Assembly (NCBI GenBank): GCA_024280415.1
Contig: JAJRQE010000071.1
Location: 1 to 58,999, forward strand
Reading direction: 5' to 3'
Origin: Spirochaetota bacterium
GTDB lineage: Bacteria; Spirochaetota; Spirochaetia; B11-G9
DNA: 58,999 nucleotides
Below the pieces are notes generated by a model that ran no database searches, had not been told where the DNA came from, and saw only the letters and a list, made by a program, of their open reading frames with translations. A program made the position numbers and the translations under genes. Shown here piece by piece: positions 53,512-58,999 of this stretch (positions within the stretch are counted from its first letter, which is position 1; every line of letters starts with the position of its first letter).

Positions 53512-56178
53512 CTATTTTGCGGCTTTTAACACTGTCTGAGCGGCTGCAAGTCTTGCAATAGGAACCCTGTATGGAGAACAGGAAACATAGTTAAGACCTG
53601 CATGGTAGCAGAACTCTATTGATTCAGGATCTCCTCCATGTTCACCGCAGATACCCATCTTCATATTGTCTCGTGTACTCCGACCTTTTTTAACTGCCAT
53701 TTCAACCAGCTGGCCAACACCCTCAGCATCCAGGGTCTGGAAGGGATCTTTTGGAAGTACCGACTGATCCATATAGTCACCTACAAAGCTGCCAATATCA
53801 TCTCTTGAATAACCAAAGGTCATCTGAGTAAGGTCATTGGTTCCAAAAGAGAAAAACTCAGCATGTTCTGCAACCTGCTCCGCAGTAAGTGCAGCTCTTG
53901 GAATCTCAATCATTGTCCCTATTTTATACTGAACCTTCATTTTCTTAGCTTTAAATACTTCTGCGATAACCACTTCGGCATTATTTTTAAGTATTTCAAG
54001 TTCCTTTGCTGTTCCAACAAGGGGAATCATAATTTCAGGTTCTACAGCAATCTTTTTCTTAGCAACTTCACAGGCAGCAGTAATAATTGCTTCTACCTGC
54101 ATGTCGTATATTTCCGGATAAGTAATACCAAGACGGCAGCCTCTGTGTCCAAGCATAGGGTTCATCTCGTGAAGAGAATCCACCTTTTTGGTAAGTTCCG
54201 CAGGTTTAAGTCCAAGTTTTCCGGCAAGCTCCTTTATATCCTTTGCACTGTTGGGAAGAAACTCATGAAGAGGAGGATCCAGAAGTCTTACTGTTACAGG
54301 AAGACCGTTCATAGCCTTGAAAATTCCTACAAAGTCTTTTTTCTGCATTGGCAGAAGTTTTTTAAGAGTTTTCTTTCTTGCTTCAAGATCTTTTGCAACA
54401 ATCATTTCACGGAAAAGTTCAAGTTTTTCCGCTTCAAAAAACATATGTTCTGTTCTGCAGAGGCCAATTCCTTCTGCACCAAGTTTTCTTGCAATTTTAG
54501 CATCTTCAGGCTGATCTGCATTTGTTCTAACCTTAAAACCTTTCTCTTTAATACCGTCTCTCTTTGCCTTTAGCCGAATATCATCTGCCCATCCTAGAAA
54601 CAGTTCAAGGTCTTTGGTAATTTTCGGATTTATAAGTTTAGCTGCACCTTCAAAAACCTCACCTGTTGTCCCATCTATTGTGACAAGAGCACCCTCTTTA
54701 TATTTCTTTCCCCCGACAGTCATTGTCTTTCCGGAAACGACTACATCCTTACAGCCCGCAACACATGGAGTTCCCATGCCTCGTGCAACTACAGCAGCGT
54801 GACTGGTCATACCTCCTGTGGAAGTAAGAATACCTTCGGCTGCATCCATTCCGCCTATATCTTCAGGAGAAGTCTCCTTTCTAACAAGAAGAACCTTCTT
54901 ACCCTCTTTAACCCAGGCTTCTGCATCATCTGCAGAAAATACAATCTGTCCGCAAGCGGCACCTGGAGAAGCGTTTAGTCCCTTTGCAAGAACAGTAAGT
55001 TCTTTACGGAATTTAGGGTCAATCATTGGATGAAAAAGCTGATCGAGCTGATCCGGTGTGACCCTCATAACAGATTGTGCCTTTGTAATCATTTTTTCTG
55101 CAACCATATCGACTGCACATTTTACTGCCGCAGCACCAGTTCGTTTTCCGTTTCTGGTCTGAAGAATAAAAAGTTTCTCCTGCTGGATGGTAAACTCCAT
55201 ATCCTGCATATCGCTGTAGTGTTTTTCCAGCTTATCTTTAAGAGAAACAAGCTCTTCAAAAGCAGGTTTGTTTATCTTTTTAAGACCCTCAATTTTTAGA
55301 GGTGTTCTTATCCCCGCAACAACATCCTCGCCCTGGGCATTCATCAGGAATTCCCCATAGAAAACCTTCTTACCTGTAGAAGGATCCCTGGAGAAACAGA
55401 CACCCGTACCTGAATCATCACCGAAATTTCCGTAAACCATGGACTGAACATTTACAGCTGTTCCAATTAAGTTCTGTATGTCGTTAAGTTTTCTATACTT
55501 TACGGCTTTGTCGTTGTTCCATGATCCAAAAACTGCTCCAATTGATAATCGAAGCTGATCCATAGGATCCTGAGGAAAACCCTTCTTAAGTTCTTTTTTG
55601 TATGCCGTCTTATAAAGAGCTACCAGAGCTTTAAGATCATCTCCGGTCAGCTCGGTATCGTCCTCTACTTTTTTCTTCTTTTTCATATCTGCAAGAATAT
55701 CTTCGAAAACATCAAGATCAAGACCCATGGCGACATTTCCAAACATCTGAATAAATCTACGGTATGCATCCCATGCAAAACGTGGATTTCCTGTTTTAGA
55801 AGCCAGACCCTCTACAGAAACATCGTTCAACCCTAAATTAAGTACTGTATCCATCATTCCCGGCATTGAAACAGCAGCACCTGAGCGTACGGATACGAGG
55901 AGAGGATCATTTTCATCTCCAAGTTTTTTCCCCATTAGTTTTTCCAGTTTTGTTAAGTTTAACTGAAGCTGTTCATCGAGCTCACTGGGATATTTTCTGT
56001 TATTTTCATTAAAGGCTTTGCAGACCTCAGTTGAAATTGTAAACCCGGGAGGCACCGGAACACCAAGATTTGTCATCTCCGCAAGATTGGAACCTTTCCC
56101 ACCCAGAAGATCCTTCATCGATGAATTCCCTTCTGCCTTTCCGCCACCAAAAAAATAGACTAGTTTTTGTTTAGCCAT
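53512..56178 (-). CDS. ppdK: Pyruvate, phosphate dikinase
   Basis: GGKGSNLAEM, TGGMTSHAAVVARGMG (phospho-His) and GLCRTEHMF...GICGE motifs. Start ATG 56178, 8 nt after GGAGGAAG; the track start is 56283. Confidence 0.95.
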   Translation of the reverse strand: MAKQKLVYFFGGGKAEGNSSMKDLLGGKGSNLAEMTNLGVPVPPGFTISTEVCKAFNENNRKYPSELDEQLQLNLTKLEKLMGKKLGDENDPLLVSVRSGAAVSMPGMMDTVLNLGLNDVSVEGLASKTGNPRFAWDAYRRFIQMFGNVAMGLDLDVFEDILADMKKKKKVEDDTELTGDDLKALVALYKTAYKKELKKGFPQDPMDQLRLSIGAVFGSWNNDKAVKYRKLNDIQNLIGTAVNVQSMVYGNFGDDSGTGVCFSRDPSTGKKVFYGEFLMNAQGEDVVAGIRTPLKIEGLKKINKPAFEELVSLKDKLEKHYSDMQDMEFTIQQEKLFILQTRNGKRTGAAAVKCAVDMVAEKMITKAQSVMRVTPDQLDQLFHPMIDPKFRKELTVLAKGLNASPGAACGQIVFSADDAEAWVKEGKKVLLVRKETSPEDIGGMDAAEGILTSTGGMTSHAAVVARGMGTPCVAGCKDVVVSGKTMTVGGKKYKEGALVTIDGTTGEVFEGAAKLINPKITKDLELFLGWADDIRLKAKRDGIKEKGFKVRTNADQPEDAKIARKLGAEGIGLCRTEHMFFEAEKLELFREMIVAKDLEARKKTLKKLLPMQKKDFVGIFKAMNGLPVTVRLLDPPLHEFLPNSAKDIKELAGKLGLKPAELTKKVDSLHEMNPMLGHRGCRLGITYPEIYDMQVEAIITAACEVAKKKIAVEPEIMIPLVGTAKELEILKNNAEVVIAEVFKAKKMKVQYKIGTMIEIPRAALTAEQVAEHAEFFSFGTNDLTQMTFGYSRDDIGSFVGDYMDQSVLPKDPFQTLDAEGVGQLVEMAVKKGRSTRDNMKMGICGEHGGDPESIEFCYHAGLNYVSCSPYRVPIARLAAAQTVLKAAK

Positions 56179-56306
56179 AAATACTACTTCCTCCACATAT
56201 CTTCTTTTATTATAATGCTTTATTTTACGATTTTGTAGGAATAATCTATAAAAAAAAAGCCTGTATGTCAAGATAACTGACATACAAGCATCTATATAAA
56301 ATACCG

Positions 56307-57179
56307 CTAGGCGGTATAGGCTTCCAAATGCTGGCTCCTTGAAGGGTGCTGAAGTCGTTTAATTGCTTTTTTTTCTATTTGCCGTATTCGCTCTTTAGTA
56401 AGATTATACTTATCACCAATATCCTTCAGGGAAAGCGGAGTATGTCCGTTCAGACCGTATCGGTACTGAATAATCTGTGACTCTTTCTCTGTGAGAGTGG
56501 CAAGAATAACATTTATATCATTCTTAAGAGAATTTTCAATGGCAAGATCATCCGGAGCAATATAATCATCATCCTCAATAAAATCGGACAACTGACTGTT
56601 CCCCTTATCTGCATATACAGGTGTTTCCAGAGAAATAAGATCTCTTGAAATATTCATAAGATCAGCAACATGCCCATCTTTCATATTTGTAGCTTTTGCA
56701 ATTTCTGCTATATCAGGATCCTCTCCCTTTTCACTCTGGAGTGCCTTACTTGCCTTCTGAATCTGTACCAGTTCATTTGCTCTGTTCAGAGGAAGTCTGA
56801 TCATTCGGGATTTCTCACATATAGCTTTTAATATAGCCTGTCGTATCCACCACACTGCATAGGATATAAAATGATATCCCTTGTCGACATCATATCGCTC
56901 GATAGCATTCATTAGACCGATATTACCCTCGTTAATAAGATCTGAGAGTGGAAGTCCCTGTTTTTGATATTTTTTAGCAACATTTACCACAAAACGTAAA
57001 TTTGCCTTTATAAGCTTTTCTGTAGCAACCGGATCACCCTTGGCAGCGTCTCGTGCATATTCATTTTCTTCTTTTCTTGTAAGAAGATCAATTTTGTTAA
57101 TTTCCTTCAAATAGATGGAGAGAATATTCTCATCATCGTATGGAGACCGTTCTGAATGTATTCTTTTTTTTGTTACCAT
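56307..57179 (-). CDS. RpoD-family sigma factor, short (about 290 aa, group-2/RpoS-like)
   Basis: LIKANLRFVVNVAKKY...DLINEGNIGLMNAIERYD...YAVWWIRQAI plus region 4 LKDIGDKYNLTKERIRQIE. Start ATG 57179 after GGGAGGA. Confidence 0.85.
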   Translation of the reverse strand: MVTKKRIHSERSPYDDENILSIYLKEINKIDLLTRKEENEYARDAAKGDPVATEKLIKANLRFVVNVAKKYQKQGLPLSDLINEGNIGLMNAIERYDVDKGYHFISYAVWWIRQAILKAICEKSRMIRLPLNRANELVQIQKASKALQSEKGEDPDIAEIAKATNMKDGHVADLMNISRDLISLETPVYADKGNSQLSDFIEDDDYIAPDDLAIENSLKNDINVILATLTEKESQIIQYRYGLNGHTPLSLKDIGDKYNLTKERIRQIEKKAIKRLQHPSRSQHLEAYTA

Positions 57180-57397
57180 GTTATCCTCCCGATTACTTGT
57201 ATAATAATAAGCAACAACCATGCCAAGCAACCGGAAAATTTTAATTTACTTTTTAATTTGTTATAACATATAGATTTACATCTTCTTATAAGTTTTTCTT
57301 CAAAGCCAAAACTTTTCAATATTCAATACACTATGTGTCAAATATACCCAGAGTTAATTTTAAGCCTGTAAAGTGTGCCAAAATAACCCTTATTGTT

Positions 57398-57964
57398 TTA
57401 GTCATGTTTGTTTAAACCGGGGAACGGTATAATCTGACCCATCTCAGTGGAATCGTAAACGCCCGTTACGGCTTTTGAAAAGGGAAAATCTATGCTTATG
57501 CTGTTAAATATTAAAATTTTTTCAGACTGGCACTTTCCTTTAAGAATAGCAGAATCAACGATCTCTTCCCAGTACATCGAGATAAGATCGATTATCATGT
57601 CCCCTTCCGCAGGTGATTTGATCTTTCCAGATTTTTTGTTCTTCAAATAGTAGGCTAACTGGAGGATAAAAAAACTTGATTTATCATTGGCTAAACGATC
57701 CCCGGGGAACATACGGTTTAAAACTGACACAGCCGGACCAGTTTTACTTGCACAGACAGAGGCATCCAAACTCTTAATAGCGGGAATAATAGATCCCAGC
57801 TTTCCAAAAACAACACCTAAATGATAAAACATATCCGAAAGTTCAGTTTCTTTTTCTACAGGACATTTTTTAATTGAACTATGAAGATATTTCAAGGCAG
57901 ATCTTAAATCCTTTCTTGTTAAACACTTCTTGCCCTGTGTAAATTCCTCTTCCCAACTTTCCAT
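57398..57964 (-). CDS. Hypothetical protein
   Basis: A 188-aa ORF from ATG 57964 (GAGGAAGG upstream); the track TTG start is 58012. No motif I recognise. Confidence 0.55.
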   Translation of the reverse strand: MESWEEEFTQGKKCLTRKDLRSALKYLHSSIKKCPVEKETELSDMFYHLGVVFGKLGSIIPAIKSLDASVCASKTGPAVSVLNRMFPGDRLANDKSSFFILQLAYYLKNKKSGKIKSPAEGDMIIDLISMYWEEIVDSAILKGKCQSEKILIFNSISIDFPFSKAVTGVYDSTEMGQIIPFPGLNKHD

Positions 57965-58127
57965 AGCCTTCCTCACCCCAAAGAAGATACAAATCAATTC
58001 TACCTTAGGCAAGTTTTTAATTTTATAAGTAGAAGTTATATCTACTTATATTTATGAACCGGCCTCTAAATGATAAGTTATCTAAAATGATGTTCAAACT
58101 GAATCACTTAAATCGAATAATCCTGCT

Positions 58128-58156
58128 TGACGATTTTACTTTTCATGTTTATATTC
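58128..58156 (+). promoter_or_regulatory. Candidate sigma70 promoter for groES, TTGACG-17-TATATT
   Basis: TTGACG at 58128-58133, TATATT at 58151-58156, about 55-nt leader with AGGAGG SD. Confidence 0.5.
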
Positions 58157-58216
58157 TCCTTGAACAACCAATAATGAGCTTATAAAACTCTCAAAAAATG
58201 ATTTCAGGAGGAAATA

Positions 58217-58483
58217 ATGAAAGTAAAACCGCTGGGTGACAGAGTACTTATTAAAACAGAAGAGGCAGAAGAGAAAACTGCCGGAGGACTCTATATTCCT
58301 CAGACTGCACAGGAAAAAACTCAAACAGGTGTAGTTATAGAAATCGGTGATGATAAAGAGATGATCACTGTAAAAGCAGGGCAGAAGGTTATGTATGATA
58401 AGTATGCCGGAACAACTGTTGAGATTGAAGGAACAGATCACCTTCTAATGAGAATGTCCGATATTCTTGCAGTTATTGAGTAA
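58217..58483 (+). CDS. groES: Co-chaperonin GroES
   Basis: MKVKPLGDRVLIK...TAGGLYIP...GDKVMYDKYAGT pattern. 88 aa. Confidence 0.95.
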   Translation: MKVKPLGDRVLIKTEEAEEKTAGGLYIPQTAQEKTQTGVVIEIGDDKEMITVKAGQKVMYDKYAGTTVEIEGTDHLLMRMSDILAVIE

Positions 58484-58517
58484 CAGCAAACTTACTGCAT
58501 TAATTACAACTGTTAAA

Positions 58518-58566
58518 ACTGTCCCTTAAAATATATATATATTTTAAATACGGGACAGTTTTTTTT
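58518..58566 (+). terminator. Long hairpin terminator after groES
   Basis: ACTGTCCC...GGGACAGT enclosing the 22-nt perfect AT palindrome TTAAAATATATATATATTTTAA, followed by T8. Confidence 0.75.
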
Positions 58567-58577
58567 ATTAATCTATT

Positions 58578-58999
58578 TTAATTTTTAGAGTTACCTGTGG
58601 CTGATCTCAAAGATTCCTGGCTATAGAGAAAATTCTCCATATCTTCCATAACTTTTTTTTCTGTGCCCACACTTTTTGCAGTTTCAGGAAGTGTAGCTGA
58701 AAGAACAGGTCCGTAGCGCTTACGTATAATTCTTGGATCCAGGATAAGGACTACCCCATGATCACTCTTTCTTCTCATTAGTCTTCCGAATCCCTGTTTC
58801 AGTTTCATCGCAGCCTCAGGAAGGGAAAGTTCCATAAAAGCATTTCCCCCTCTCTTCTCTATAACTTCTATTCTTGCTTTTACAATGGGATCGGTAGGGA
58901 CACGAAAGGGAAGTTTACAGATTATGACAAGCTTAAGTGAATCTCCGGGAGCATCAACACCCTCCCAGAAACTGTCTGTAGCAAATAATACACTGGAAA
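58578..58999 (-). CDS. DinG/Rad3-family helicase, C-terminal part (5' end outside the window)
   Basis: The frame is open to the window edge. My translation is SSVLFATDSFWEGVDAPGDSLKLVIICKLPFRVPTDP...LKQGFGRLMRRKSDHGVVLILDPRI, which covers helicase motifs V-VI of DinG-like proteins. Confidence 0.8.
   Translation of the reverse strand, partial: SSVLFATDSFWEGVDAPGDSLKLVIICKLPFRVPTDPIVKARIEVIEKRGGNAFMELSLPEAAMKLKQGFGRLMRRKSDHGVVLILDPRIIRKRYGPVLSATLPETAKSVGTEKKVMEDMENFLYSQESLRSATGNSKN

Noticed and set aside
53863-54573. 236-aa plus-strand ORF, plus several 60-90-aa ORFs at 54317..55299
   Set aside because: They are antisense to ppdK. The composition is F/K/C/S-rich nonsense typical of the reverse frame of an AT-rich gene.
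56179-56283. 35-aa N-terminal extension of ppdK (MSVILTYRLFFYRLF...), and similar extensions of the sigma factor (57180..57230), csoR-like (42333..42365) and hisS (16057..16125) genes
   Set aside because: Strong SD motifs sit in front of the internal starts. The homologous N-termini begin there, and the extensions cover promoter-like AT-rich DNA.

Overview
Low-GC (by eye roughly 35-38%) chromosomal segment that looks like the core genome of a flagellated spirochete (Treponema-like). This rests on a FlaB-type periplasmic flagellin, a short HrpA-type DEAH helicase, a Bpur-like PUR-domain protein, groES without groEL, a long type-2 IleRS, PPDK and an rnfCDGEAB operon. I count about 60 protein-coding genes and one tRNA-Gly(UCC). 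I saw no rRNA, CRISPR array, transposase, integrase or phage genes, so this is mostly housekeeping DNA rather than an obvious island. Blocks present: prfB-cheY-like; a GH57 glucanotransferase; the rnf operon preceded by an unknown 518-aa membrane protein; hisS-hrpA; aroB; arsR-like / nifS-like-thiI; hisH-hisF; ileS; flaB; cca; rnc-acpP-rpmF-coaD; ffh-rpsP-KH-rimM-trmD-rplS followed by a flagellar-flavoured module; csoR-like; smc; rnhB; an NhaP-EIIA fusion; a SEC-C protein; a B12/radical SAM enzyme; ppdK; a short RpoD-family sigma; and groES. The main observations follow. (1) The flaB leader carries two hairpins that each display GGA, one a near-perfect CsrA SELEX site and one over the SD, behind a sigma28-like promoter. 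(2) Downstream of rplS sits a cluster of a FliK/YlqG-like protein, an FlhB-CC-only protein, an HD-GYP protein and an untracked 47-aa FlgM-like mini-ORF. (3) At least five genes have a good sigma70 -35/-10 pair ending 5-7 nt before the ATG with no SD, which suggests leaderless mRNAs. (4) One protein fuses an HprK-like P-loop to an Asp23-like domain, and a cation/proton antiporter is fused to a PTS EIIA(Ntr-type) domain. (5) Four conserved genes (GH57, rnfC, pcnB-like, nifS-like) are each broken by what looks like a single missing base; all four have the same polarity, so I suspect assembly error rather than biology. (6) prfB has a textbook +1 programmed frameshift. I cannot point to a clear-cut novel defence or mobile system, and all family assignments are from motif recognition only, without database searches.
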